A program made the position numbers and the translations under genes. Positions 38,491 to 52,007 of a stretch of 64,000 nt of DNA are shown piece by piece (the stretch's first letter is position 1; each line of letters begins with the position of its first letter). Source of the DNA: Phoronis australis (lineage: Eukaryota; Animalia; Phoronida); NCBI GenBank assembly GCA_002633005.1, contig NMRA01000022.1, positions 62,001 through 126,000 on the forward strand, read 5' to 3'. Under the pieces are notes generated by a model. The model saw only the letters and a list, made by a program, of their open reading frames with translations. It ran no database searches and had not been told where the DNA came from.

Positions 38491-38761
38491 CTGAAATAGG
38501 CAGATACTGAAGTTCAGCAACTGGCAACCTGTTTATAAAGTTCACCCTCCGCATTGAACAACGTTGTGCTTCGAAGCGGAAACCGCTTCCCTTTCATTGT
38601 ATGACAAAGTGACGTTGGACAATTTGACCATTTCCGCGAAAAAAATATGCTGGAGAACAATATCCGTCAAAAATATGAACGAGGCAATTGAAATTTGCCA
38701 CACATAAAAGAAGCCCAACTTCGGAGGTCGTTGAAGACCAACAAACCCGTGAGTAAACAAT

Positions 38762-38921
38762 GCCAGCCTCCCATTCAGTAACGCTAAGACCTCGCTAAAA
38801 AAGCAAGACTTCGCGAGATTACGTGAGTTATTGCCGTGCATTTTAAATGAGAATACGTGACTTTGACTAGGTTTTACCTAGGTCCTAGCGTAGGCCCTAG
38901 CGTCTACTGAACGCACGCCAG
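38762..38921 (+). mobile_element. ~160-bp MITE family, copy 1
   Basis: Closely similar to 58198-58356 and to the inverted copy at ~23008-23148; ends ttcagtaacgcta / tagcgtctactgaa. Confidence 0.8.
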
Positions 38922-39763
38922 AACCCTGCCAACGATGAGGTAAAGGAAGTCTCAAGCATTTACGCGTAAGATTAGGTGATGTGGAGATAAGCAATTTTCC
39001 AGGTGCGTGAGACGTTTCAAATCGTAAGCGGCACACCACTGCGTATTACCAGAATATTCCGGCCCCCTGGCTCCCAAGAAATGGTATTAACTCCTCAGTT
39101 TGTAGTACGCAGCGGGTATAACCGAACGTCGCTTAAAGACACTTTAAACCATGTTTTGGTGCTAAAAACACCAAACTTCTCAAGCTTCTGAAAATCTAAA
39201 GTTTTTGCCCCTTTAAATCCACAGCAACTGTGTCCAGTTTTAGGCTACCACGGAACGTACTCAGGGCAGTTATCTAATGGTAAATAGTATTATTAACTCG
39301 AGCGCCATTCTTTCCATCTCAACACCAACAGTGTCTTTTCCAACCACATCCGCAATTCTCTCCTCCCGAAAAATGTTAGCAGCGAGTGATAAACTGAGTG
39401 ACGGAATTCGGATCGCTCCTAGAGAGTAAAATTTGCAAGCACCAGCAGACTGCCCTTCAAACTGTTTCCAGTCGATCGTCGTGTCATAATCGTCTCATCA
39501 CGTACAAAGTTTTCCCATTCTCAACTAGACTGTCCGATTTCATTACCGCTACCTTTTCGGACTCACGGTCTGACCATTTTGAATAAATTATTGCGAATAG
39601 TACACTTTATTCCAAAAATGATGAAGTGAGTTTCAGGTGGAACATTTAAATTGACGTGCAATAAAACTTCCGATATGGTGGAAAATATAGGTGTTTTTCG
39701 TCCAAAACAAGATCATGTGCACTCGACAGTTCGGATTTCCAGGATTTTTAGCGAGGCACTTAC

Positions 39764-39945
39764 TTTATTGGCTAAAAGTATACAAGGGAGAAAACTGCCG
39801 TCGTGGAGGGTGCACTTGGAGTCCAAATCGTTCTTCCATTTGATCACATTGTTGAACGTGTTCTTTTTGGTCAGATCAAACATTATTATACAAGCGTGAG
39901 CATCTTTGTAGTAAACTCTAGTCATCGACGTGAATCTCTCTTGGC
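39764..39945 (-). CDS. RAB29: Rab29 exon 3
   Basis: QERFTSMTRVYYKDAHACIIMFD...WKNDLDSK..PCILLANK; FTSMTR is Rab29-type. Confidence 0.93.
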
Positions 39946-40431
39946 CTGTGAAAATAATCATCACTTAGAGATATTGTACGAAAATGTACAGATACACAGC
40001 CAAAAAACATGATCTCAATGGAAATTGACCTTGTTGATATGACTGACATTAGTTAACTTGGCCGGTTCCACTGCGCGCATCGGCTAAGACATGTCATTGA
40101 TATGTAAGTCGACAGTCCTCAATGAGGACGAATCAGATGTCTCTGTCACTTGACCCGGCGAAGTGATTCAAGTGCAGCGACTGACAGTGCCTGAAAGCGG
40201 AAGAAAGTGAATAAGACGTGAGACCGGAAGTAATTCATCAAGCCGCGACCACTGGATGTGTAGCATACAAAGAAGACAAGAGACACTGTAAGTGCGACTC
40301 TATAAATGATGAGGAAAATTTCAAAACTGACGGAATTTTTTCTTGAACAAGTTGCCAGGCATTTCGAGGTTAATTTTAGTGAAAACGACTTCAAAACGTT
40401 CGTTTTCTGTAAGGTTTGATTTGTAACGTAC

Positions 40432-40503
40432 CTGCAATATCCCATAGCTGCAGCTTGATTGTGACGTCATCGGACCACTTTTCTACCTTCAACGCAAAGT
40501 CAA
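40432..40503 (-). CDS. RAB29: Rab29 exon 2
   Basis: VDFALKVEKWSDDVTIKLQLWDIAG; WDIAG is the Rab29/32/38 signature. Confidence 0.92.
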
Positions 40504-43500
40504 CTGCAAGATATTAGACAGGAAGACAATGACTACTAGTGACAATTACACAATTACTGTTATGTGCCACCTGTTGAGACATTTGTAACGCAAAACAATA
40601 GCATGACGATACTGAATCCTACGACTTGCTTTAAACGTGTCGGGATGTCTGTAGAATTTCTAAAGATAGAAGGCGAACGCGTTTGAGGGTTCGCGTAGCA
40701 TGTTTTGAGCAAAATGAGTGTGTGTTTCGTAGCTTCGATTCCAGCCAAACTTCAGATGGAACACTGGCAGATCTAAGTAAGGGTGGCCAACCACAATTTC
40801 CGGAAGACAAATTTCTTGGTGCTCCTGAAATAGGGTGTCGGGAGGGGGTGGGGAAAACGCGCCAATGTGGAAACCTGCTCGTCCATACTACGCTCATGAT
40901 TAGAACTAAATTTGGTGTAACACAACAGCATTTACGTTCTCACTTAAGTTAAAAAAGGTGCGGCTGTGTCTTTTTTTTCTCCTAAGACTGAGTGAATGAT
41001 ATCCCGGCACAGGAAGCTCTGAACAGTTAGGCTGCAACCACGGGTTGCTACAGTTTAAGTAAAGGGGTCCGCCAGGTTTGGAGACTGTTTAGAGGAATAC
41101 GTTGAAAACAGTTTCTGCTTTGCTTGTGCTTTTGAACTCGTCTTGAATGAGTAAAGCCATTTTTTTAGCCGTGACCTACTTTTTGTGCAAAGTGGTGGCA
41201 GCAGTTTCCTTTCAACCCCTGTGGCCTGCTGTCTGAGAAACCGGGTGCGATTTCAGGTGGCTGTCAAACAGTTCAAAATTGCCAAGCACGCATCTGGTAA
41301 GGGGCGTACTATGGGATTTTTAGAATCTAGACGGAACGATCATTCTGAATCTATAGATTTTTTCTAGCACTTGCAGGGAAGTGGTAATTTTGGGTAGAAA
41401 ACTATCAAATTTGGGGGTTTGGGCCTTATTTTTCTATGTCGGAACTTTTTTCGATGTGAATTAGACGATTAAAAATCTGTAGCATAATTATTTTTCATTT
41501 ATCAGTAGTGCTTGTGAGTTGGGAATGTTTTTAAGTCGCTTGATAAGGACATGAGGAAAGGACTCATCTCCACTTATGTGTACGTCGGCAGCCAAAACCC
41601 TGTAACAAGTGTAGTGCGTAGTGCGCCAACACAGTGATGCACTGAAACTTGGAAATTCCCCAAACATTTTGTACATCACGAGCTACAGCGCCAAGCACTG
41701 ATAAAATTATAAAGCGGTTAATGGGCTTCCATGAATCAACTGAAAACTACGAAATAAAAAGCTACAAGATATGGTTGTCTTATAACGTATGGAAGTCAGT
41801 TGACGAGTTCTGTTTGAGTAGCGTATATGTTGGTAGTTTCGTAGACACGCGAATCTTGCTAAGGAAGCTAGTATGATCGCGTGCTTTGCTTGTAATACAT
41901 GACGATATCTCGCAGTCTTACGTGTTGTTGCGCTTTTGCGAGTTTCTCGCTTCCACGGAACGTACACATAATATCGCAATGGAAATCAAAAAAGAAATGG
42001 CAGAAGTCCAGAAAATGTAATTTTCAATGCAATTTTTACGTCAAATTACACGTGGAGAAAGGCACATCAACTGTGTTGATTAAGTGTGCAGATTGTCAGA
42101 TTATCTTTTAGACTTAGCACATTGATAAGTGACGTGATCGGAGACACAAACTCATTGTTGGCGGCTATCTGTGATTAATGATGATTAGTCGACTGATAAT
42201 GAAGCTACCACGAGTATTATACAAGGACTGAGAAATAACAAATCAGAATGGGATGGACTACTTTTTGTGACAAGTCTCGCTTTTCCAGTAATGCGTAATG
42301 CACCTTCTCTTGGTTTCTCAGGCTCACCATCGGAGTGACGAGTTACGGGAAATCACTCGACAGTCGGGATGCATTTCGTAAACCCATGACACTCGCGAAC
42401 TACTTACGACGAGAAATACTCGCTTATGGAATTTAAACAGCGAATTCTATCCCACAGTTCAACAGTCCAACGTGAATGACCAATCACTTCAGAGGCCGCC
42501 ATTTTGGTAGGGTACGCTGGTAAGCTACGGAGCACACTCGCGAAACGCTCGCCTTTCACTCGTGTTTTTGCGTGGTCTTGAATGACCTTGCTTCTTGGCG
42601 AGAGTCTTGCGCCTACGGAACGTACTGCCAGTGACTGGACAGTTCGTTTATTGAAAGGAAAGCAATTTCCCACAACCCTTTATATATCCGTGAAAAAATA
42701 AGAGAGAACTTAACAGAAGCCAAAGTGACAGACCACGTGAGTGACTGTCCTCTCGGGGCAAGGTCTTCTCCAAAAACTCAACGTCAAAGCAGCGTCCCGG
42801 ATAGAGAAGATTAAGGTGGTTACGGTAATCTTACAACATTCATGTAAAATCGCACATGTTCCTGGCTCTAGTTGTCACGATCCTGTTTTCAGCGTGATCC
42901 GCAATTTACTCAAGGCCTTACTATTGATGACGTAATATCACAAATTGTAAGAAGAGTTTCTACCAAGCTCCTTTGAAGGTTAATAAAATTAAATGTCCAA
43001 ACGAGTCTCAAGTTGTTGACCCATTGGTGTGAGGCTCTGTTCACGGTCAATCTACTCAGAATCAACGGTTTTACGAAAAAGTGTAGGCTACCGGTAAAGT
43101 TTTTGTTTGAGCGTCCTAAAACACGTTCAAGGATCGATGAACTTGACACACAATACCAAAAAGACGATAATTCATTAGTTTTACCATTTTCTGCTTGTTT
43201 GAAACTGGTAGATTCGGGTGACTGTGGAGATTCGGGTAAACACCTAAAATTGAACGTCCATCGACAAAAAACTATTGACATGTCCGAAACCGAAATCTGC
43301 AGTTTGCTCTCAGTCAGGGCTTCGAAACAACTTGGAAGCAATCAAGTTTTAAAGCATTGAGTAGCGCACGTGAAAATATCCATTCCAAAATAACAATAAA
43401 TCTACTAAACCTCTCAGTCAGCGCGCGACCTGGTCCTGTCCGCGAACATAACTAACTCCTTATGATATTCAAAGTAATTTATTAAAAAATGAAACAACAA

Positions 43501-44080
43501 TCGTGATAAGTTAACAGAAAAATAATCCAGAATCTTGATGGACGAGTTTATCGGTGAATGAGGGAGTGGCTCGCGAGTACGCAATTGTACGGAGGAGCAG
43601 AGTTAGTAAGTGCGCGAACAAAAAATACGTCCGCGCGAGAGGCAAAAAATGGAATGAAAAGGGAATAAAGTATGCGAGAAAAAAAAGTTTTGTGAACAGG
43701 CAAGACGAGCCGCGTGGGCAGGAAACTGCCTCGGTGCCACGAGAGAAGCCTCGGGAATAATCGGATTTTAGGACACAAACCGAAGGTTCTCATACAACTT
43801 GCGTTATCACATTACACACTGACAAGGCCTAGGATATCCTTGGGATGCAGAGCACGTGAGTGCTTAGCAGAATTTTACAGTGCAAAAGCGTCTAAAACGT
43901 GACCTGGTGGCCGACATACGCAGGTCACCTTATACTAGAGAAGTAAGTAAACGAAGTATGATGAAAAGATAGGTTGAAATTCCATTGCTGAGATGACATC
44001 AAACCACAACAATCGTACTCATGCATTGAACAAAAGTATTTGCCTGTGACCTATATAATTGCTGGGGTTAGTACACTCAC

Positions 44081-44198
44081 CACCTATTGTTCCTTTATAA
44101 TCCCGTCGAAAGGTGTCGTTCACATAACGTTGCACAAACGAGGTTTTACCCACCGTGGGATCACCTATGACAATAATCTTAAATAGTTTCTCAGTCAT
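44081..44198 (-). CDS. RAB29: Rab29/Rab7L1 proximal first coding exon (1b)
   Basis: MTEKLFKIIVIGDPTVGKTSFVQRYVNDTFRRDYKGTIG; G|GTGAGT phase-1 donor. Confidence 0.9.
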
Positions 44199-45471
44199 TT
44201 TACTTGATCATGAATGCAAGCTAGCGGATTGGGACAGCCGTAGAACTAGCCACCAACAAAACACACCGGGACCTGACACTCAAAGGTAGTAGTCTATAAC
44301 ACCGACGAGTCAAAACACTTGGAGAATTGCGACTTATCATTCAGGACAAAGACGGATGACACAATCAATCAGGGTTTTCAACACGTTTAGTCAGTATAAA
44401 ATTCCCAACAACACGCAATAGCTGGCCAGTAAACAAATAAAGACTATTCAATGTGAAGGGCGTGAAGCTGTGGTAGTTCAGCAGTTTGTCGCACAACGCA
44501 GAGAACAGGAGATTCCAAGCTGTCAGGCAAAATCTGATCTTATCCGGAATGCTGTGGGTCCTACGAATCTAAAAGATGAATATGGAGTGTGATGTCATCA
44601 GGAATGACAGAAGAACCCACGGATCACGGGATGACCACTCGGTCTCTTTAGCCAGGTGTCCAGCCAAGCCGTCAAGATTCGGTGACAAGGATTTCCTCTC
44701 CACTATCAAAATTTCAGCCTAAAGCCTCGTGCACATCCAAGACAGAGTTGTATCTAATCATAAATAGTCCCTCACAGCGAGTCAATACTCATCCGACAGA
44801 TAAAGCTTTGATCAAACACCCTCTAATATTCCCCAGTCAATCGAGTGGTTTTCCGGGATCAGCCATTTTGAATGTCACATGATTCCGATGATGTAATCAC
44901 TCACTAGATGTCGCCGTTAACCCCTCGTAAACCTATTGTAATCAGTTACTGCGGTCACTGAACGCCTGGTCAAATTCCGCAATTCAGTTGGTGCATATGT
45001 GTGTTTGAAAAACTGTGCAATTTACTCTTTACAAAAAATCAAACAAAGCACACTAAATACCAGTAAATTGCATAAATTAGGCCTACGACCTACCTGTTCA
45101 AATTAGGCGGAGGACGACTCGATGCGTTTTTCTTCAGGCATAATTTACTGCAGTTTCAGCGGAGAGGTGAGAACACATCATAATTATTGGCCTAGTGGGT
45201 GGGTAGAGTGAGGACGGTTGCTGCGTATCCAAAATCCATACTAATTTTTTTTTTTAATTCCTTTTTTTGGAGAACTGAGACGCGAATTCTGGTTGCATTC
45301 ATGTTGTAAGTGCTTATTTCTGTACAATGACGGTTTTGCCGACATGAAATATCAATTTCAGTAGTTAGCTATCTCCGCCACTCACTCACCAGACTTTATT
45401 TTTAGCTCGACTTGTGGTGTTAAGGATTTTTTTTCAAACCAGGTCATCTGCACAATAACTTACTAACTTAC

Positions 45472-45616
45472 CCCCGACCGTAGCCTTGTACGAAGTCAAA
45501 TTGAAACGTTTGTTGACGTAGCGCTGTATAAAACTAGACTTTCCAACATTTGGATCACCAACCACAACAACTTTGTACAAGAGTTCTCGTGTCGAACTGG
45601 ACAGTGATAGCTCCAT
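45472..45616 (-). CDS. RAB29: Rab29/Rab7L1 distal alternative first coding exon (1a)
   Basis: MELSLSSSTRELLYKVVVVGDPNVGKSSFIQRYVNKRFNLTSYKATVG; G|GTAAGT phase-1 donor compatible with exon 2. Confidence 0.78.
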
Positions 45617-47593
45617 GTAAGAACACCGCTGGTTTTCAGAACTGACCAAGTGATTCAGTAGGTTACATTTTTCACTAGTGCCGAGTGTACTTCCAAAAAT
45701 ACGTGAATTCAAATCCTCCCTGTTACGAGCTGTTTTATTACATTTGGTCGTGGACGTAATCCAACGTTTTGCAGTTTCGAAACTATGCGATCACTTTCGA
45801 ACTTCTTATTCTTCGTCTTGTGACTATAAGTACACTGTGGAGGCTCGTGAACTTTGCTCTCCGTGTGGAGGCGCTATCTTTTGAGGTCAGAGGGCATCTT
45901 ATCACCCTTCGTCTATCTACTGGTGTTTAGAGTCCGCGGTGATGTGAATCGGCGGTAATTTGACACGTTTTCGAATTTTATTATTACCTGTGCAGGTCTT
46001 TCACTGTTGCCAAAGACTTAAGGTGAAGCTAAAGATACCTGGACCTAATTAAACAGCCAGGGTCTTCTCGAAACAGAAACCCCAGTGTAAAACAGATATC
46101 CTGGCCTTCCTGGGGTCGAAAACAGATTCCCAATCCTTCAAAACAGCTAACCAGCCTGAAAATCCCGGGGATAGGACGGAAACCCCGGACAATTTTTCAA
46201 AATATTCTGAGACCGTTAATAGCCCAAAACTTTGAGATAAAGTATGTTCAAGTACTTACCAGGTGTTTTCTGCATTTGCGTGTTAAAAATCAACTCACAT
46301 TATATTGACTTTGCTATTTGATTTTTATCGGTAAAACTCGTGCATCTTGTCTGTGGGCAAATTTCAACATAATCTATACCCTCAACACGTTGTCATCTCG
46401 GTGAATATTTAGTTAAATTGAGATTATTCAGTAGTTTCTCCAAAAATGTTTTCAAAAATGAAAAACAAAATATTATTAATTTGTTGTGACATCTGTACGC
46501 AACTCTGTGGAAGAAGAACAGTTTATTGAAGAAATTGGGGACAAAAGAAACCGACTGTTAGATATCAATTTACATTGAAAATTCATTCGATGAAGACGAC
46601 TTATACATGAAACCGTTATGTAAAACGAAACGGACAATTCATAAGCATCCAGGCAAAATAACTATAAGACTATAGATTTTAACTCAACGAAAGTATACAT
46701 TTTCTGAATGGAGAAAGCCTGTAAATTTTGATGTTTGACCGTCACGTGGTCATGCTTTTTAAGTAAAATTCAGGAAAAGGTACAATGATAGCAAAACAAT
46801 TTTAACGAAAGCGTGATAAAATTTCGTTTAATATGAATGATTAAAGATGAAGTCCTGAAAATTGTTACAGTTTTCTAAATAATTTCTTTTTCCTTCTGGG
46901 CAACTTTTGCGTGTTTCATGCAGAAGTGAAACGTTTTATAAACAATTCCTACTTAATGATTAACCAGTCGTTAGGCTACACAGAACCAAAAAAAACAATG
47001 ACCTTTCGTTTGCACTCTCGCTATATCTCGTGGCACGTAGCACGAAAGGTAGCGTGACTTTTCGTTGTTGCTTTCTCACAAACCTCTAAATGGCCGTCAC
47101 CAATGCTTGTAAGACAAAGATGACGGACTATAGTAGTGAATTCATGTTCCGGTTTCAATTATCAAGTTGATTGGCATGTTGGAATTATTCATTTGCATGA
47201 AAATTAGTTTGCCATATGTTTTTCAGATTCCAATACCTTTTCACGGATGCAATCCAAATCAACACATTTAAAACGCTGAATGAGGCGTGGTAAATCGTTC
47301 TTCATTTATCCGACTCTGTGTTATTGGCTGTACCCTTCGAAAACTAGGTCTGTTGAACAATAATTTCTTCTATTTCTGCAAAATCTGGAAGTCTTGCGCT
47401 TCTATCGTACGGTGCTATTCATTTTTGCATTAAGATTGGTATGCTACTGCTCTGTCTCATGCCAATGAAGTTTAGCTGTTGCATAACACAGTGGCGGATT
47501 TAGGCGAGCAGGGGTCCCCCTTGCCCGCTGACAAAAACTTTCGGTGAAACTGTCATGGAAAGAATTTTGGCCATTTATTCTGTAGGTGCTAAT

Positions 47594-47719
47594 CGTGTGC
47601 GTGTACTTTGTGTGTGTGTGTGTGTGTGTTTGTTTGTTTGTTTGTGTGTGTTTGTGTGTGTGCGTGTGTGTCTGTGTGTGTGTGTGTGTCTGTGTGTGTG
47701 TCTGTGTCTGTGTGTGTGT
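47594..47719. repeat. Compound (GT)n microsatellite
   Basis: Read directly; preceded by a cagtggcggatt MITE-type end at ~47489. Confidence 0.9.
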
Positions 47720-48401
47720 TAGTGAGTTGGGGAGGAGAAAACGTTGGCCCGTCCCCTCATCATAGCCGTGATGTGATGCACGACTGCAGTGATCGAGTTA
47801 CAATATAGACATAAACAATCTGGATCTCAGTGAGCCACGATTAATCGTTGTTACGTAGACTTTCAAAGTTGCTAGCTAGGGTCCATGAGTTCCTGTGTGG
47901 AACAAGGTAACAAATAGACGACTAAAGAGGTGTTGTTATCCTGATGTGGCATGCATTCACTGTTCTATAGTCGTTTGAAGATGAATTGGGAGGTATTTCA
48001 TGTGATACACGATTATTATAAAGAGAACATGATGCAGTTAGTTAGTTAGTGTATTCTAGTTGGCATTGGTGTAGCCAGAAGTATCCAACGGGGTGGGGGC
48101 AAACCTGACGGGGGCTGAAATGAAAGGCACACTGAGGCCGTTTTACAATGAATATGAGGTCCATACGCAAAACTCCACTGACTTTCGACAGGGGGAATTT
48201 TTTGGCGAATGAAGAACAGAGGTATCTGGCCCCGCTGCGCTCCACGTGGCTAAACCAGTGCCGACTGGTCGTTAGCCATATTGGAATAACCTCCCTAATC
48301 TAAAAGTAGGACCCGCGTTAACTTTGAATTCCCATTAAGATCCCCGTTGTGACAGCTTTCCATGGGGCACGGAGTACTTGGAATAGGTCCACGTTCTTTC
48401 T

Positions 48402-49504
48402 TCACACTTCAGATGAGCCACACGAAGATGTGGAATCATCGGTAGACTCGTTCCTTTGCAAGTGACCAAGTAGAGCTGTATCGCTATCGGGTTTGAAAGA
48501 GGAGAAGCACAAAGTTGACGCAGTCGATGGTTTCCAATGAGATGGCATAGTGGAATCCTCGGAGACCAGCTCGCAAAGTTCCTGCCCGTTGTCGCCAGGT
48601 GGCACTTTAGAACTGTCCTCTTCTGGGAACATTTCGGTGAGTGGAACTATTTCTCCTGCGTCCAGTGCGTCACCGATGTCCCCGACCTCATAAGCGAATA
48701 TCACGGACGTGTCATTGTTGTACATGCTGTTTTTGTCAGCATTCTTCTCAAAGCGACGCCTCCAAGTCAGGAATAATGTAAGGGAGGCTGACACGACGAG
48801 GCAAACTAATATGGCAGACACTACTATAATGCTCAACAAGCTGTCGTCTGATATGAAGATTACATCTCGGGTATAGCCTTCTAACATAACACCATCGCAA
48901 ACACCTCGTAAGCGCAAACTTAAGTTCCGAAACAGAAACGATGGCCCCAGCTCACGCAACAATGAGTTGGTAAAATTTGTGTTTCCAGTAAAAAGCCTAT
49001 TTTTAACTTCAGCTATGCCATCGATTGGACATGACGAGGAGGAGTAGAGAGTCGTGTTGGTCCACACGATCACAGAAGAGCCATTTGCAACAGCAACGAC
49101 AGTGATGTTCCTTGCGTCGCTATCGCCACAAGCACGTGCAATCGCTTCGACAACAAACACTTGATCAACAACATCATTCACGAATTCTTCGTAGGCATTT
49201 CCAAGTTTTAATATGAATTCGTGTGTAGCAGCTGTGGTGGCCTGCTGTCGTACTATGAATTTCAGTTCAGTTCGGCAGGATTGAAAACCATCGTCACACA
49301 GGCTCATCCCAAACGTATAGTTACCGGCATGGCGTGGCAGAGGTAAGCCGATAACTTCCCCAGTCGTCGGATCAAGTGATACCCATTTAGGGACAATGCC
49401 GCTGGACGTGTTGGTCAACTGAACAGTCTTGACCTTTGTGCCATTGGAGGCTTCTTGGGTTACTTTATGCCGAAAGACTTCACCTTCAGTGAGGTACATC
49501 ACAC
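48402..49504 (-). CDS. DAG1: Dystroglycan-like last exon (CADG, SEA with G-S cleavage site, TM, cytoplasmic tail)
   Basis: KWVSLDPTTGEVIGLP..HAGNYTF; ACGDSDARNITVVAVANG-SSVIVWTNTTL; TM followed by RRR; SVIFAYE (vertebrate PIIFADE). Confidence 0.9.
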
Positions 49505-50580
49505 CTGCAACAGAACGAATGCACCCCATAACTGATGTATCTTACTATTCTAGTGATAATGTTTACTTAGACTGTAGATGCGATTTGCAATCTAGTGAAA
49601 AAGACAGGTTTCGCATATATCAGTTTTTGGTGTTGCATTGGAATTTCCTGAATCTAGCGTGCTCGTGTTTGGGAACATGCTGTCTACGAACAAAGACCAT
49701 ATAATCGACTGCTGATTCACTTATCATTAATTTAGCGTTTACAACATTCGACTAGCGCAGTGAGCCCGTTGAAGATTTTCATCCGATAACCCTCCAGTAG
49801 TTCGCAAGATTGAAAAGATCGTGTAGGTCGACATACCATTTTGACGACATTTTTGGAATATGCATGGACTTCGCTTTCGAAATCTAGCGTCGCCTTGAGT
49901 GGAGCATTGAGAGAGAAGTGGTGATGTATTCGCAAAAAATGTCATTTTAGCATTGTTTCACCATATTTGTGGGCGCCATTCTTTTAAGAGCACGTGGAGG
50001 AATTAAAATCCGCGACGAGATTTGCAGTCATGAGAAAGCGCTAGCGAGCTGAAAGAGTACAAATTTCATTCTACAGTTTTCGATTGAGTGGAAAAGGCGG
50101 AGAGTAAAACCCGTCGAAAGCTGTACAGTTTATATATTAATGTCAATGACAACACCTAAAACGTCAACACCGTATTCGGAAAATAATAAGGACAGCTTGC
50201 ACACTCCTGCCAGCTATGTCTGTACATCTAAGGTGCCACCAATATCAGGAAGTTTTCTCAAGTCGCCAATGTCAATTTTGAATTATCTTTGTTCATATTC
50301 TAATTATTTGAAAATAAACCAAATCCACCATAATCTTAAATCAGCCAATATATCAATCAAGAAGAAAACAGACATGTCGTCATTTTATTAAAAAATTAAT
50401 GGCAGGTGTATTTTGTTTAGCAATACTACCTGCAAAGTGTGCTGTGTAGAGCATTTCCACCATGTCCACGAAGACTCTCAAACTAAACAAGTATTGTTGC
50501 AAAGTTAAGAAAATGAAACCTCATGAAGCAATTATTTAACCCACTTGTTACGAAAGGTCTGTTTTCCGGTGACGTCATAC

Positions 50581-50617
50581 TTGCTCTTGTTGGTTGTATA
50601 CTGTCGACCAATGTGGA
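50581..50617 (-). CDS. DAG1: Candidate 37-nt dystroglycan linker exon
   Basis: ctgac..cttttcaag acceptor, STLVDSIQPTRA, A|GTATGA donor. Supplies the phase 0-to-1 change needed to join the last exon. Confidence 0.45.
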
Positions 50618-51849
50618 CTTGAAAAGAGTCAGTGAAATGTTCTGAAAAGGATAACCGTGAGCATAATCAATGGGAGATACGCACGATTAGTGGTTTGGAC
50701 AAAGTGACCGGTGCAAACAGACTGTGTCCCTGAACTCAGAGTCCAGCGAATGACATTGCCGGCACCCACTGCCTTATCCACAATGCCTTTGCTCAGCCGG
50801 AACCAGGAACCAATATGAGAAGAAAGAACAACGCAGCAGACAAAAAACATAATTGTGTGGCTGATCCCATAATTGGTTCCTAGGCCGGAACATATCATAA
50901 TGTCGCAGTCTCTCATTGGCTCGTTGCAAACACTATGACGTAGCAACATATGCATTTTATTGGTAAATTTCGTGAATCCGAAAACTCTAAACTTAGCAAT
51001 ATTATTTACGTATGAGAAATGAAATAAGAGGAAGTGAGATGGTGAGTGAAGAATAGATGAAGAAATGTGTACAGTTGGTTCAAAAGCGAGCTGGGATGAA
51101 GTATACAAAGACAGAGGTGTCCCTGTAACTTTTATCTTAAATGTGTCTGGTTGAAGATGGGCGCTTAATTGGCCGGTCTTCTCAGTCTACTCAACACTAT
51201 TCCAGCGCAGCAGAAGATGCTCTTTTGAAAGAAATCCATTATCCTGTCAGAAAGAAACTTTTAAAACCCCATGATTGTCGTTGACATCAGACTATTAACT
51301 CGGGCATGAGGAAGTTCCGGAGTCATGGCGTTGTCATCCACTGAATTAGGGGCCGAACCCTTTGTGTAGCTCTACAATAACTTTCTGACACAACACTAAG
51401 CCCAACAGACACTCTTTCGTTTAACATCGGCAGTACAAACATAAGATTAAGTTCGATTTTATTGAATTTTACCCAGCTTCCGGACACAAAGTTAACATTT
51501 GATTTTGACCACTTGCTGTTGTAAAGCTTGGACGTGAGAAGGACTACATGTAGCGGCAGGTGGAGTCCGCGCTCGCTAAGTTGGCTTGACACGGCGGGTC
51601 ATTTTACGCAGCAAGCACGGTCTCTATAAGGAATTGTCCGTTCTTTCCAAGCACAGAATTCACTTCGAATTGAAACCGGTTTCGGCTCTCGATTTCTTTA
51701 GAGTAAGGAACAACTCAGGCCAGTTTTTTGACTGCAAGTTGTCCAAATTGAAATTTAGTACTTAACTATACTTAATTATAGAAGCTTGGTTCATAGTAGC
51801 TTTAAACAAGCTGAGCGAAAAAAGAATTAAACTGAACAACAGTACGGGG

Positions 51850-52007
51850 CAGTGGCGGATTTAGAGGAAGGCCAAGGGGGCCATGCTCCCCCCTAAAAAT
51901 CTCCCAGATTGCATTACGGCAGTTCGGGGTCTAAATGCCTGACGGGCAAAATCCTGGCTAATACTCTGCCCTGGCCCCCCTAACTCAAAATGCTGGATCC
52001 GCCCCTG
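51850..52007. mobile_element. MITE with 5-bp TSD
   Basis: cagtggcggat...atccgcccctg flanked by CGGGG on both sides. Confidence 0.8.

Noticed and set aside
42910-43360. Overlapping 143-aa and 115-aa ORFs in the Rab29 intron
   Set aside because: Non-ATG starts, no recognisable motif or splice context.
50629-51592. ORFs with faint CADG-like words (AVGAGNVIRW, SWVKFN..FVLP)
   Set aside because: No phase-compatible splice sites found; similarity too weak.
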